Positions 38,502 through 48,326 of a stretch of 64,000 nt of DNA are shown here, in pieces. The position numbers and the translations under genes are program-made. Within the stretch, counting starts at the first letter, position 1; every line of letters begins with the position of its first letter. The stretch comes from Vitreimonas sp. (GTDB lineage: Bacteria; Patescibacteriota; Microgenomatia; UBA1400; PJMF01): the NCBI GenBank assembly GCA_035627515.1, contig DASPLQ010000012.1:906331-970330 (forward strand), written 5' to 3'. The notes beneath the pieces were generated by a model. That model was not told where the DNA came from. It saw only the letters and a list, made by a program, of their open reading frames with translations, and made no database searches.

Positions 38502-39335
38502 GTGGGCATTGTTAGCAAAAACTTGCTTTTCAACGCCTAGGAACTCGCTCACATATTCAGCAGTATTGGCAATCATCCATGGTTCACAAGGCTGGCCTCT
38601 AAATTCTTGTGGGGCTAAAAAGGGGGCGTCGGTTTCCAGTAATAAACGTTCTACTGGTGTAATTTTGGCGATGCTACGGAGGTGGTCAGCGTTCTTGTAG
38701 GTTACATTGCCAGCCAAGCCAATATACGCGCCCATTTCTAAAGCTTGACGAATGTAGTTAAGAGGGCCAGAAGCGCAATGTAGGATAAAGGGTTGCTTTT
38801 CATCATGGTGCTCTTTTAAAAGTGAGATCACATCCCAGTAGGCGTTGTCAGCCGTTGGTTCTTCCGGAATTTCTTTATCCCTCACATGCAGAATTAATGG
38901 TTTGGAATGTTCTTGGGCTAGTTTAATGTGGGCAATAAAAGCTTCTTTTTGAAGTGTCATGGTGTGAGCTTTATGCTCTGGTTTCACCCAATAATAATCG
39001 AGGCCCACCTCACCCACTGCCATCACTTTTTGTCCAGTTATTAATAAGCTTAATTCTTTGATATCGGTGTGAATATCTTCTAGTTGGCTTTCAAATCCAG
39101 TTTCATTTTTTTCAACTTTACTTTGGTAAACCTCTGGGTGAATTCCAATGGCGGCATACAGATTCTGCTCTTGCTCAGCGATTTCTGTAGCGACCATGCT
39201 GCTGGCGAAATCAGTGCCAATGACGACACTTTTTTCCACTCCATGCTCTTGGGCTTTATGCCACTGTTGTTGCCAATCCGGGTACAGTGGCGGTAAGTTA
39301 TAGTGGCAGTGAGTATCGAAGATCATACGTGACAA
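38472..39335 (-). CDS. tatD: TatD-family metal-dependent deoxyribonuclease
   Basis: FDTHCH, GIHPE, GEVGLDY, ILHVRD, ETDAPFLAP. Confidence 0.85.
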   Translation of the reverse strand: MSRMIFDTHCHYNLPPLYPDWQQQWHKAQEHGVEKSVVIGTDFASSMVATEIAEQEQNLYAAIGIHPEVYQSKVEKNETGFESQLEDIHTDIKELSLLITGQKVMAVGEVGLDYYWVKPEHKAHTMTLQKEAFIAHIKLAQEHSKPLILHVRDKEIPEEPTADNAYWDVISLLKEHHDEKQPFILHCASGPLNYIRQALEMGAYIGLAGNVTYKNADHLRSIAKITPVERLLLETDAPFLAPQEFRGQPCEPWMIANTAEYVSEFLGVEKQVFANNAHLVFKNFLAR

Positions 39336-40799
39336 TTACTCTGCTAAACGAGGAAACAAGGGTGATAAAGCAGTGATTTTTTCTTGCGTAAAATGACTGA
39401 GAATAGTCTTAGCGGTAGAGGGCATAAATGGTTGCAACTGAGTGGCGATGCGGACAATTTTTTCGATGGCGGTTGTGAGCGTTTGTGCTTGTGCTTCACC
39501 AGTTTGTTTCCAAGGTTGCTGCTCACTTAAAAACTGATCAGCAGCAGCAATATCAGCCCAAATGTTATTTAAGGCCTCACTTAGTTCAATTTCGTGAAAA
39601 GCTCGTGAAAACGACTCTTCCTTGAGGAAATTGAGCTGATAATCATCATTCTTTTCACGCGTGAAAAAGGGACTAGGAACATCAGCTTTCTCACACAGTT
39701 TAGCCACCCGTGAACATAAGTTGCCTAAGCCGTTCGCTAAATCTGCGGTATAGATTTCAGCAAACTTATCATAACTGAAATCACCATCGGCATGACTAGG
39801 AATATACTTCAATAAATAAAAGCGCACTGGTTCTAAGCCATATTTTTCCACCACTTCAAAAGGATCAATCACGTTACCTAATGATTTGCTCATTTTCTGA
39901 CCGTTAGCGGTAATGTAGCCGTGGACGGAAATCTTTTTGGGTAATGCCAAACCGGCAGAAAGTAACATGCCAATCCAATACACTGAGTGAAAGCGATTAA
40001 TGCCTTTCCCAATCACATGGGTAATTTCACCATCCTGTGTCCAGTATTTTTGCCACTGTTCTTGATCCCAGCCCCAGCCAATGGCAGTCATATAAATAGC
40101 TAACGCATCAAACCAGACATACATCACTTGGGATTCATCGCCTGGGACAGGCACACCAATGCCACGGCCACGTTGATGTGAGCGCGAAACACTAAAATCC
40201 TGCAAACCTTGGCGGATAAAACCAAGCATCTCATTTTTGTATTGATCGGAAACAATATGCAGTTGATCAGTGGCAATTAAATTTTCGATTTGGCTTTGGT
40301 ACTTAGAAAGTTTAAAAAAGTAATTTTCTTCTTCAATTTCTTCTGGTGGGACCAAATGTTCTGGGCATTTACCATCAACCAATTCATCAGCTGTATAAAA
40401 TGCCTCACAACCCACGCAGTACAAGCCTTTATAGGTTTTTTTATAAATATCACCAGCATGGTCACAAAGTTGCCATAGTTTTTGGACACCTGGCCAATGA
40501 TGGTGTTGATCGCTACCCCGACCAAAACCAGTTAGTTCAATCCCAAAATGTGTATACGCATCTTTGAAAATCTGAGCATACTGATCAAGCCAGTCTTGAA
40601 CAACCACACCCGCTTTTTCTGCAGCTTGAACATTTTTTAAGCTATTTTCGTCAGCGCCCGAAGTAAATGAAACGTCCTTGCCAATTAAGCGTTGATAACG
40701 AGCCACACTATCGGCTTGAAACCATTCTAGTACATGACCTAAATGTGGCTTGGCATTGACGTAGGGAATAGCAGTGGTGATGTGGTAGGTGTTAGACAT
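39336..40799 (-). CDS. metG: Methionine--tRNA ligase (minimal form)
   Basis: HLGH (HIGH motif) and KMSKS both present, with a Cys-rich knuckle. Confidence 0.9.
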   Translation of the reverse strand: MSNTYHITTAIPYVNAKPHLGHVLEWFQADSVARYQRLIGKDVSFTSGADENSLKNVQAAEKAGVVVQDWLDQYAQIFKDAYTHFGIELTGFGRGSDQHHHWPGVQKLWQLCDHAGDIYKKTYKGLYCVGCEAFYTADELVDGKCPEHLVPPEEIEEENYFFKLSKYQSQIENLIATDQLHIVSDQYKNEMLGFIRQGLQDFSVSRSHQRGRGIGVPVPGDESQVMYVWFDALAIYMTAIGWGWDQEQWQKYWTQDGEITHVIGKGINRFHSVYWIGMLLSAGLALPKKISVHGYITANGQKMSKSLGNVIDPFEVVEKYGLEPVRFYLLKYIPSHADGDFSYDKFAEIYTADLANGLGNLCSRVAKLCEKADVPSPFFTREKNDDYQLNFLKEESFSRAFHEIELSEALNNIWADIAAADQFLSEQQPWKQTGEAQAQTLTTAIEKIVRIATQLQPFMPSTAKTILSHFTQEKITALSPLFPRLAE

Positions 40800-40928
40800 G
40801 TTGTAACGGATGCATCTTCAGAATTTAGCAACCTTATTTTAGCAGTTTTTGGTTCAAAATGGGTTCTCAAAGTGCGAAAGATATGATTGGTAGCCACTAA
40901 CATTAAACCCAATACATAATCATCATAC

Positions 40929-41297
40929 CTACTTTTTGAAGAAAGGTAATTTTCTTAAAGTGCGTTCAGCCCACTGATCAGCAGTCATTTTTTCGAGCGC
41001 TAGTTGCCAACCTTTTTTGCCTTTAACTTCAGCAACTGAGGAAATGGTAGCACTGGAAACTTGTAAAGCTTTTTTAATTTCTTCGTACGATTTACCTTGT
41101 TGAAGTTCCCACAAAATACCTAAGCGTTTGGCAAAAACCAAGCGCTCAGTATCAGTAAGAAAATCGGCCAAAAACGCTTGAACGTCGTTGGGATGTTTGA
41201 GGTCGGCGAGGAGTGTGTACAGGCGGTTGAGGAGTTGTTGGTGGTGTTTGGCGGGTAAGGCGTGAGATGAGGTTTGCACAGACTTCGATTGTACCAA
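40929..41297 (-). CDS. TrpR/YerC-YecD-like small DNA-binding protein
   Basis: SYEEIKKALQVSSATISSV helix-turn-helix resembling the YerC/TrpR family. TTG start. Confidence 0.5.
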   Translation of the reverse strand: MVQSKSVQTSSHALPAKHHQQLLNRLYTLLADLKHPNDVQAFLADFLTDTERLVFAKRLGILWELQQGKSYEEIKKALQVSSATISSVAEVKGKKGWQLALEKMTADQWAERTLRKLPFFKK

Positions 41298-41682
41298 AGA
41301 AAACCAGAATCGCTACGATCAGTTGCCATTGCCAAACGATGTTTTGCAACTGTAAGAACATCATAGTTTGGAGACAGAGGGCAGTCAAAAGTCCGCGCCG
41401 AGAGCTCAAAAAAAGATAGGAAAACAAGAAAAAATTAGCGATGATGAGAACTATTTGAAAAGGAAGGTATGAGTTGGCAAGTAGGACGTGTTGCAGTTGC
41501 TGTGGTGGAATGACTGTCACAATATGGAGTAGGAGTAAGTAGAAAGGAACACTAGCGATTAATGTCGGCCATCGAGTGCGATACGGTGAGGGGGTAGATA
41601 GCTGGGGTGAAGATAAATTGAGGGGTGAGTCAGATTCTATTGACGGTGAGTCCAGGGATAAACGTGAGCGAGCTTTCGGCAT
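41152..41682 (-). CDS. Hypothetical membrane protein. Its 3' end overlaps the YerC-like gene by about 146 nt in another frame.
   Basis: 176 aa with 3-4 TM helices. The overlapped part is P/T/Q/R-rich low complexity. Confidence 0.3.
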   Translation of the reverse strand: MPKARSRLSLDSPSIESDSPLNLSSPQLSTPSPYRTRWPTLIASVPFYLLLLHIVTVIPPQQLQHVLLANSYLPFQIVLIIANFFLFSYLFLSSRRGLLTALCLQTMMFLQLQNIVWQWQLIVAILVFFGTIEVCANLISRLTRQTPPTTPQPPVHTPRRPQTSQRRSSVFGRFSY

Positions 41683-41740
41683 GTTTTATTATGACAGTTT
41701 CAAAGAGAGGTGAGTAGTCTTTCTCTGCTATACTGAAAGT

Positions 41741-42877
41741 ATGTCAATGGAAACGCTGATAGTACTAGTAGTCATTATTTTAGGATTTGTAGGCCTGTAT
41801 GGGCTGATGTGGTCGGTGCGGAGTAAAAATCAACCTCAGGAACTTGAAACTCTGATTAATCAGGTCTTTGGCATGAGCGCGGCCAAAATTGCCGAACAAA
41901 GTCGTCAGCTATTAGCCAGCGAAAAAGAGACGATTAAAGTTGATCTCGCCAATAAACAACACGTCATCGAAGAGCTGGTCAAACAACTGCAAAATGATAT
42001 GAAAACTCGCCAGGAGGAAATTCGGCTTTTGGAGCAGGATCGTGTCAAGAAGTTTGGTGAGCTGAGTACGTCATTGGAACAGCATCGCTTACTAGCTGAA
42101 CAAGTTCGCGTCTCGACTCAACAATTAGCAAACGTTTTATCGAACAACCAACAACGGGGTGAATGGGGTGAGCGGATCATTGAAGACTTGATGCAAGCAA
42201 ATGGCTTAGTGGAAGGCGTTCATTATCTTCGTCAATCAAAACAAACTACGGGCACGTTACGGCCTGATATTACCTTGTTATTACCTAATGAACGAATTGT
42301 GGCAGTAGATGTTAAATTCCCCTACGCAGAAATTCAAAAAATGGCGATTGCTGATTCCAAAGCTGCTCAACAAGCTCATCTCAAACAATTTGGTATAGAT
42401 CTAAAAACGAAGATTACTAAGGTGACTGAGTACATTAATCCTGCTGAACAAACGTTGGACTACGCTATCTTATTTGTGCCTAATGAAATGATTTTTTCTT
42501 TTATTAATCAAAAATTCCCTGACTTAGTAGATGAGGCCATTGCCAAGCGGGTATTAATTGTTTCCCCTTTTACTTTTTTGATCGTAGCGCGGACAGTGAT
42601 AGAAAGCTATCGCAACTTTATGATTGGCGATAAACTCAAAGATGTGGTCCGTTATGTAGATGAATTTGTCAAAGAGTGGTCAGCTTTTAAACTTAAATTT
42701 GAAAAATATGGCCGCTCAATTGATACTCTCAAGACTGATTTTGATGAACTAACCGGGACTCGTTTCCGACAAATGGAAAAGAAAATCACCAAAATTGAAA
42801 CCTATCGCCAAGGTGGAATACTCACCAAAAAGGGTGAGGCAAACCCCACCCTCTTTGACGGTGAAGATGAAGGTTAA
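41741..42877 (+). CDS. rmuC: DNA recombination protein RmuC
   Basis: N-terminal TM, long coiled coil, and an RmuC C-terminal nuclease-like region (DITLLLPNERIVAVDVKFP). Confidence 0.7.
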   Translation: MSMETLIVLVVIILGFVGLYGLMWSVRSKNQPQELETLINQVFGMSAAKIAEQSRQLLASEKETIKVDLANKQHVIEELVKQLQNDMKTRQEEIRLLEQDRVKKFGELSTSLEQHRLLAEQVRVSTQQLANVLSNNQQRGEWGERIIEDLMQANGLVEGVHYLRQSKQTTGTLRPDITLLLPNERIVAVDVKFPYAEIQKMAIADSKAAQQAHLKQFGIDLKTKITKVTEYINPAEQTLDYAILFVPNEMIFSFINQKFPDLVDEAIAKRVLIVSPFTFLIVARTVIESYRNFMIGDKLKDVVRYVDEFVKEWSAFKLKFEKYGRSIDTLKTDFDELTGTRFRQMEKKITKIETYRQGGILTKKGEANPTLFDGEDEG

Positions 42878-43089
42878 GAATTCTCAGCCAGTGTAATGAT
42901 GAAACTTACTGTGGTACCATGTTGTCTTTCGAGGGGCATCATAAATTTCATCACATCATGGAGAGTCTTTACAGGACTTTCTCCCAAATTTCCCGCTCCT
43001 GCTTTAGAAATAGCCTGAATGTGGGAGAAGTTAATTTCACCTCTTCTAGTTAGTGAACTTAAATCATTGACTCTAATTGTTTCTGTCAT
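42874..43089 (-). CDS. Small hypothetical protein (71 aa)
   Basis: ORF only. Sits between rmuC and the regulator gene. Confidence 0.25.
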   Translation of the reverse strand: MTETIRVNDLSSLTRRGEINFSHIQAISKAGAGNLGESPVKTLHDVMKFMMPLERQHGTTVSFIITLAENS

Positions 43090-43190
43090 AGTCTCCTTTA
43101 GTAATACTATCTATAAGTATTGCGGGCAAACGCTGATTATTCTTGACACTTCCCGGTCGATTAACTGACAACCACCTGACAACTCTTACA

Positions 43191-43219
43191 CTTGCGAGCT
43201 CTCTGACTCCAGCCTACAA
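43191..43219 (+). promoter_or_regulatory. Candidate promoter: TTGCGA, 17 nt spacer, TACAAT. The ATG lies about 9 nt downstream, so the transcript would be near-leaderless.
   Basis: TTGCGAgctctctgactccagccTACAATctgtggtATG. Confidence 0.3.
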
Positions 43220-43227
43220 TCTGTGGT

Positions 43228-44502
43228 ATGTTTTTACCGATCGAAGCCCAATATCCGGTGTCATTTCGTGAGACTCAGGCTAAAGAATTGGGGACACACT
43301 TACATCAACATAACTCGGTAGTTTTGGTGGGCATGAAGCGGGTGGGAATTAGTAATTTTTTGCGCTTTTTTTTGACTAACCCTCATATTCCTAATACCTA
43401 TGTCAAAAGTGGGCTGTTATTGTTTGTGCATGTTGATCTTAATGACTTAATCGATACTAGTCCCCAAGCTTTCTGGATTTTAGTTTTAAAGCGGTTGATA
43501 GATGCCATCGAAATAAGTGCCTTGTCAGTAGACGCTAAACGCAAAGCAGATAAATTATTTAATGACAGCATCCAAGTCCAGGATTTGTTTTTGACCCTAG
43601 AAAGCGTTCGCAGAGCTTGTCGGTTAATAGCCGATGAAGGTTTCGCTATTAATTTATTTTTAGTGCGTTTTGATCGCTTACAAGAAACCGTCACACCTGA
43701 ACTCTTTGCTAATTTACTCGGTCTCAAAGAATCGTTAGGGACGCGGTTGTCATATGTCTTTACTAGTTATCGACCTTTAACAGATCTGCGACCAGGTATT
43801 TTTACCAAAGCTGCTTTGGGAGTATTTGCCCGTGATATGTATTTGACCCCCGCCTCAACTTCAGACATGAAGGTAATTCTGCAAACATTCTTGCAGCGCT
43901 ATCAATTGCGATGCACTCCTAAGGCTTTGGCACATTTGTTGGATTTAGCAGGTGGGCATGTCCAGTATTTGCAACTGAGCTTACTTAAACTATGTGATTT
44001 AGAAAACGTGCCAGATAACAAGTCAGAGTTGTTACAATTGCTGACAAATGATGAGGAGATTCGTTTACTTGGCGAAGAAATCATGGCAAGTTTGACCGTC
44101 GATGAGCAAATACAACTCAAAGATTTAGTGACTCACAAAACAAAAAGCATTGCTGACAATAGTTATTTACGTCGCACAGGCTTGGTGACAAGTGAGCAAA
44201 AGCTTTTTAGCCCCTTATTTGAGACTGCGGTTCGCTCCAAGCAAGCAGAAACTACAAATACTGAGTTATCTAAAAAAGAACATGCACTGTACCAAGTCCT
44301 GCAAGAGCACATCGGCCAAGTGGTCGAACGCGACACGATTATTGAAACTGTCTGGCCTGAGCAAATTGAGACCGGAGTGACTGATTGGGCAGTTGATAGA
44401 TTAGTAGCGCGGCTGCGACAAAAGCTCAAAGATCAGCACAGTCCGTATGCAATAGTGACGATTGTTTCGCGGGGCTATAAACTGACAAAAGAAGAACTAT
44501 AA
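43228..44502 (+). CDS. Putative regulator: degenerate P-loop NTPase-like N-terminal domain plus a C-terminal OmpR/PhoB-type winged-helix DNA-binding domain
   Basis: VVLVGMKRVGIS (GxxxxGxS with the Lys missing). LFLVRFDRL resembles Walker B. The C-terminus (WAVDRLVARLRQKL...TIVSRGYKLT) matches the Trans_reg_C pattern. Confidence 0.5.
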   Translation: MFLPIEAQYPVSFRETQAKELGTHLHQHNSVVLVGMKRVGISNFLRFFLTNPHIPNTYVKSGLLLFVHVDLNDLIDTSPQAFWILVLKRLIDAIEISALSVDAKRKADKLFNDSIQVQDLFLTLESVRRACRLIADEGFAINLFLVRFDRLQETVTPELFANLLGLKESLGTRLSYVFTSYRPLTDLRPGIFTKAALGVFARDMYLTPASTSDMKVILQTFLQRYQLRCTPKALAHLLDLAGGHVQYLQLSLLKLCDLENVPDNKSELLQLLTNDEEIRLLGEEIMASLTVDEQIQLKDLVTHKTKSIADNSYLRRTGLVTSEQKLFSPLFETAVRSKQAETTNTELSKKEHALYQVLQEHIGQVVERDTIIETVWPEQIETGVTDWAVDRLVARLRQKLKDQHSPYAIVTIVSRGYKLTKEEL

Positions 44503-45705
44503 GTGTTTGGCAAAAAAGGTGATATCACGCTCCACGACTGTAGCCCAACCCGGTTGCAAATTATGATCAGCTCCAGGATAAACATGATACTCAATCTCGA
44601 TGGGCTCCAGCGAACTGGTAGTGGGTGAGGGGCTGGGGCTCACTTCTGCTGAGAGTGTTGCTTGGGCTTTCTTGGCTTGTGAGCGACGTTTGTTTTCCAG
44701 TTCTATTTTGTCGATGAACTCAGTACTCCACACTTGCAAGGCAGCTTCATCGGCAGTTCCATGATGAATTTGGAGTGGACCTTGTAACCACTGCAAATGT
44801 TGAGTGAGCGTAAAGTCAAACACGTCATAATCAGCTTCAAATTGTGCTAACCATTTGCGAGTGGCTTTACCTTCATCATCGCTCTCATCGCTAAAAAATA
44901 AGATAGAGTAGGGAAAAGGCGCAGTCACCGGCGCCCATAAAGTTGTTGGCAGGCGTTCATTGAGTACCTCTAGGGTGGTTAAAGCAATTTGGCCACCGTT
45001 GCTATGACCCCACAACCCTAGGGAATCTACTTCTAACACTTTTGCTTTCGTACCGGTGTCAGGAGTGGCTGCGGAGAGATCAGTTGTCTGATGGTTCGTT
45101 TTGAGTTCAGTAATAATGGGCTCCGGAATCGTCAGAGTTTGAGTTTGTAACGTTTTGAGTAACTCTACTACTATGATTGGTTTTTCAAAGCGGGCTTGCC
45201 ACGAGTCACTGGGCTCCGGATCACTTTCCCCATACCCAAAGAAATCCGGCGCTACTGTTAAGTAACCAGCTTTGGCAAAAGCCGCAGCGGCATTTCTCGT
45301 GCCGACACCAGTTTCATATATTTCCAAAGGCACATAGCCGCGGAGCATGACAATAGTTTTGAGAGTGTGATCGCTTTCTTCACTGAGGAGAACGGCAGTG
45401 GGAACAGTAACTTGTCCGCTCATTTTTTTTGCCAACGTGGTATATGAAAAAAGTAAAGCGGTGGAGTCGGGGTTAGTACTCAGCACTTTTTCGATGGTGA
45501 GTGTACTGGGATGATAGGTGCGGGTGCGTAAATTACTCAGCGTGTATTTGAGCAGTGGCAGTTCTTTCACGGCCGGTGGATTACTAAAAGGAGTAGTTAA
45601 AGGAATGGCACTGGTGGTACGACTAAAGTACCACCACGTGGCGAGAGCAGTCAAAAAGATAACTCCGATTCCTACTGAAAGCATCACAAAAAAGCGTTTC
45701 TCCAT
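44497..45705 (-). CDS. Membrane-anchored alpha/beta hydrolase (S9/dienelactone-hydrolase-like)
   Basis: N-terminal TM, GHSNGG nucleophile elbow, C-terminal HHGTADE. Confidence 0.5.
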   Translation of the reverse strand: MEKRFFVMLSVGIGVIFLTALATWWYFSRTTSAIPLTTPFSNPPAVKELPLLKYTLSNLRTRTYHPSTLTIEKVLSTNPDSTALLFSYTTLAKKMSGQVTVPTAVLLSEESDHTLKTIVMLRGYVPLEIYETGVGTRNAAAAFAKAGYLTVAPDFFGYGESDPEPSDSWQARFEKPIIVVELLKTLQTQTLTIPEPIITELKTNHQTTDLSAATPDTGTKAKVLEVDSLGLWGHSNGGQIALTTLEVLNERLPTTLWAPVTAPFPYSILFFSDESDDEGKATRKWLAQFEADYDVFDFTLTQHLQWLQGPLQIHHGTADEAALQVWSTEFIDKIELENKRRSQAKKAQATLSAEVSPSPSPTTSSLEPIEIEYHVYPGADHNLQPGWATVVERDITFFAKHL

Positions 45706-45756
45706 ATCTTGATTGTACTGGATTTCACTTCATAAATCTGTACAATACTGGCCACC

Positions 45757-46419
45757 ATGGAAACAGCCGGTTTTGTAACACTTCGTCGTAAGAAAAATCA
45801 AGATTTAGTTTTAGTTGTTAATCCTGATGGCATCAGGTATTACGTCAAACGTGTCATTCATGGAGTAGGTGGACCGGTGGTGAGACTGGGTAATCAGGTT
45901 TTTGATGGCATTGATACTATTTTTAATCACAAACGCTGGCTACTACTGGTTATAGCCTTAGGGTTGGGGATCGGGATGGGGATGACTATTTTTACTCAGC
46001 CCAGTTCATCCACGGCTTTTCCCTCACCGGTGGTATTGAGTGACACTATTCTCCCGCGGCGAATTGAAATTGAAGGCACTGCCATCGATAAAAAAATTTT
46101 TAATGAAGCCCCTTCACTATTTACTACGACAGAAGTTGGAATTGTGCAGAGCCAGGCGAACGGTTTCGGTGAGTCAGGACTGATTAGAATCGAGTTACCA
46201 GGTGAATATGCGGCTTTGTCTGAGGTAAAGCTCGGGCAACGTGTAAATATTTTGGCAGACAATAATGGCCTTTATACCTTTCAAGTTACTGAAATCAGAC
46301 AAGTGGCAGAAGCGGAATTGAGTACTATTCAAGTCACACGGGGCCCTGTGGTGATGATCTATAGTTTTGATAGTGTGATCAATCGCCAAGCCTTGGTATT
46401 GCTAGCGCGAGCGCAATAA
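45757..46419 (+). CDS. Hypothetical single-pass membrane protein
   Basis: One TM (LLLVIALGLGIGMGM). No catalytic motif recognised. Confidence 0.35.
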   Translation: METAGFVTLRRKKNQDLVLVVNPDGIRYYVKRVIHGVGGPVVRLGNQVFDGIDTIFNHKRWLLLVIALGLGIGMGMTIFTQPSSSTAFPSPVVLSDTILPRRIEIEGTAIDKKIFNEAPSLFTTTEVGIVQSQANGFGESGLIRIELPGEYAALSEVKLGQRVNILADNNGLYTFQVTEIRQVAEAELSTIQVTRGPVVMIYSFDSVINRQALVLLARAQ

Positions 46420-46420
46420 A

Positions 46421-46455
46421 AAACCCTGGCCTACACAACGTGCAAACCAGGGTTT
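46421..46455. terminator. Bidirectional hairpin terminator between convergent genes
   Basis: AAACCCTGG-N17-CCAGGGTTT. The minus-strand reading is followed by a T6 run. Confidence 0.5.
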
Positions 46456-46474
46456 CAAAGGTTAATTAAAAAGC

Positions 46475-46984
46475 TTATGAAACTTTAGCTTTTAATTCTT
46501 GAGCTTTACCATATTCGCGTTTCATTTCGAATAAGACGTAGAAGCCAATCACGAGGCCGATCACGAAGCCGATGATATTGCCATCACCACCAAGTAAACC
46601 GACGAGACTGGACACGATACCCAAAACTTGGCCCCAGAACATTAACACCCAACCACGCATAGCGCGGTCGCGTAAAGGTTTGAAAGCTAACAGAGCTAAG
46701 ATACCACTTAATACCATCAAGACGATGTTAATTAAAGCTACAACTGGATTGACAGTTTCTCCAACCATCATTCCCACAGCGCTAGCACCCATAACCAAGG
46801 GTAACAAAGCGACGGCGGCGAAAATACTTAACACACCACCGAGCAATGATAAATAAGGAGCGATCATGGCTAAGAAACCAGTTAAACCAGCTGGTAAATG
46901 TGGTAAGTTCTTAAAAGGTTGTTCGATTTGAGCGATAAAGTCCATGGATTGTTTATCAGTTAATCGATCGACAAGTGCTTGCAT
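46475..46984 (-). CDS. Hypothetical polytopic small membrane protein
   Basis: 169 aa with four hydrophobic helices. Confidence 0.4.
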   Translation of the reverse strand: MQALVDRLTDKQSMDFIAQIEQPFKNLPHLPAGLTGFLAMIAPYLSLLGGVLSIFAAVALLPLVMGASAVGMMVGETVNPVVALINIVLMVLSGILALLAFKPLRDRAMRGWVLMFWGQVLGIVSSLVGLLGGDGNIIGFVIGLVIGFYVLFEMKREYGKAQELKAKVS

Positions 46985-47048
46985 TGGGTTCTCCCATAAT
47001 TGTTATTTCTAATAGTATAACAAAGCCAAGAGCTCCTGACAAAGATGT

Positions 47049-47077
47049 ATTGTGAACTCATGCGGAACTTAGTATAA
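47049..47077 (+). promoter_or_regulatory. Candidate promoter for tRNA-Glu: TTGTGA, 17 nt spacer, TATAAT
   Basis: TTGTGAactcatgcggaacttagTATAAT, about 43 nt upstream of the tRNA. Confidence 0.45.
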
Positions 47078-47120
47078 TCTGGCAGCTGTGGAAAAAAGGA
47101 GCGTTTTCTTTTTCTACCAT

Positions 47121-47192
47121 GGCCCCATCGTCTAGCGGTTAGGACGCCAGGTTCTCATCCTGGTAGCCGGGGTTCGAGTCCCCGTGGGGTCA
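47121..47192 (+). tRNA. tRNA-Glu (anticodon CUC)
   Basis: Manual fold: acceptor GGCCCCA/TGGGGTC, D-arm GTCT-AGCGGTTA-GGAC, anticodon stem CCAGG/CCTGG with loop TT-CTC-AT, T-arm CGGGG-TTCGAGT-CCCCG. Confidence 0.8.
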
Positions 47193-47247
47193 CTTTTTAT
47201 TGACTTAGAAAGCTAAATCTTGTTTTTTACCTGAAGGCAAGCAACGG

Positions 47248-47907
47248 TTAAGCTTTTTTTTCTTTAAACCTTAAATTAATTTGATTTAATAACTGGCCTA
47301 CATCGATGTTTCTTGAGGCTGCTTCTCCGATTAAATATTCTAACAAACCTTTTGATGGTGACTCACTATAGTGATGTTCATAAAACATTTGGGTTAGTAC
47401 CTCTGCTTCAAATTCATGGGGTTGTAAAGCGTAAAGCACTGAGTCTGTCTCACCTGATCTTGGCTTCATACGCTGTTCATTTGATGGTAGGCTGGCAACA
47501 CCTGCACCATGATGTTGTGCAAAGTGAACAGTTTCTTCAACACCAATACCCTCAAACCACTGTCGCATACTCATTAACCATAAATAATCACCTGTTTCAG
47601 ACTGTACAACTACGGCCTCAATACTAGGAATATCGCCTAGATGCTTTATATCTGTTGGGTCTATATTAATAAATAATTGCCCCTCATCTGTTTCTATTAA
47701 CCCGGTGGTTCCTTCCTGACCGACAATTTTTCCTAGGTTAATTTCGGGATTAAAATTCAAACCATATTTCTCCAAAACCCAATCTACTCCCCTCTGAAAA
47801 GATTCTAATGCGAGACCGAAAATATCTACTTCCACTTTTGAGAGTTCGGGATAGAGGTTTTTTAATTGAGACAAAGTTGAGGTGTGTTTGTTTTCTGTCA
47901 TAAACAA
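47248..47907 (-). CDS. Hypothetical protein
   Basis: 219 aa, soluble. No recognised motif. Confidence 0.4.
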   Translation of the reverse strand: MFMTENKHTSTLSQLKNLYPELSKVEVDIFGLALESFQRGVDWVLEKYGLNFNPEINLGKIVGQEGTTGLIETDEGQLFINIDPTDIKHLGDIPSIEAVVVQSETGDYLWLMSMRQWFEGIGVEETVHFAQHHGAGVASLPSNEQRMKPRSGETDSVLYALQPHEFEAEVLTQMFYEHHYSESPSKGLLEYLIGEAASRNIDVGQLLNQINLRFKEKKA

Positions 47908-48045
47908 ATTATAAAGCTCACTTGTTCAATTACCCATAGGAATATCTAACACCGAGCATTCTGATATCTGGAAGAAACGCGTTATACAAGCCAACCAGGT
48001 CTGTGATAATAGAGTTCGGTTGCTGAAACCGAAGGGTCACCAAGT

Positions 48046-48324
48046 ATGCATAAAGAGCAACCGACACAAAGTGATCAAGAGCAACAGAGACTGTGGTCAT
48101 TAAGCTTAATTGATGCCATTTTTAAAAGAGCACCTCGTTTAGCTGCTAATATTTTTCTTCTTTATACTAACGTTATCATGACTTATTTCGCTAAATCCTC
48201 CATGGAGAATCCCAAATCTCTTAATGAAATTATAGATGACATACTTACTCCAGAAATGTTTTTCATTGCAGTTATTGGAGCTAGTGGTGCTTTAGCGATT
48301 GAGGAAAAATTGCGGAGAAAATAG
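48046..48324 (+). CDS. Small hypothetical membrane protein
   Basis: 92 aa with two hydrophobic segments. Confidence 0.3.
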   Translation: MHKEQPTQSDQEQQRLWSLSLIDAIFKRAPRLAANIFLLYTNVIMTYFAKSSMENPKSLNEIIDDILTPEMFFIAVIGASGALAIEEKLRRK

Positions 48325-48326
48325 TT

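Noticed and set aside
47193-47247. Possible terminator hairpin after tRNA-Glu (AAGC…GCTTTTTTTT)
   Set aside because: The stem is only about 4 bp. It is too weak to call, although the T8 run may still aid termination.
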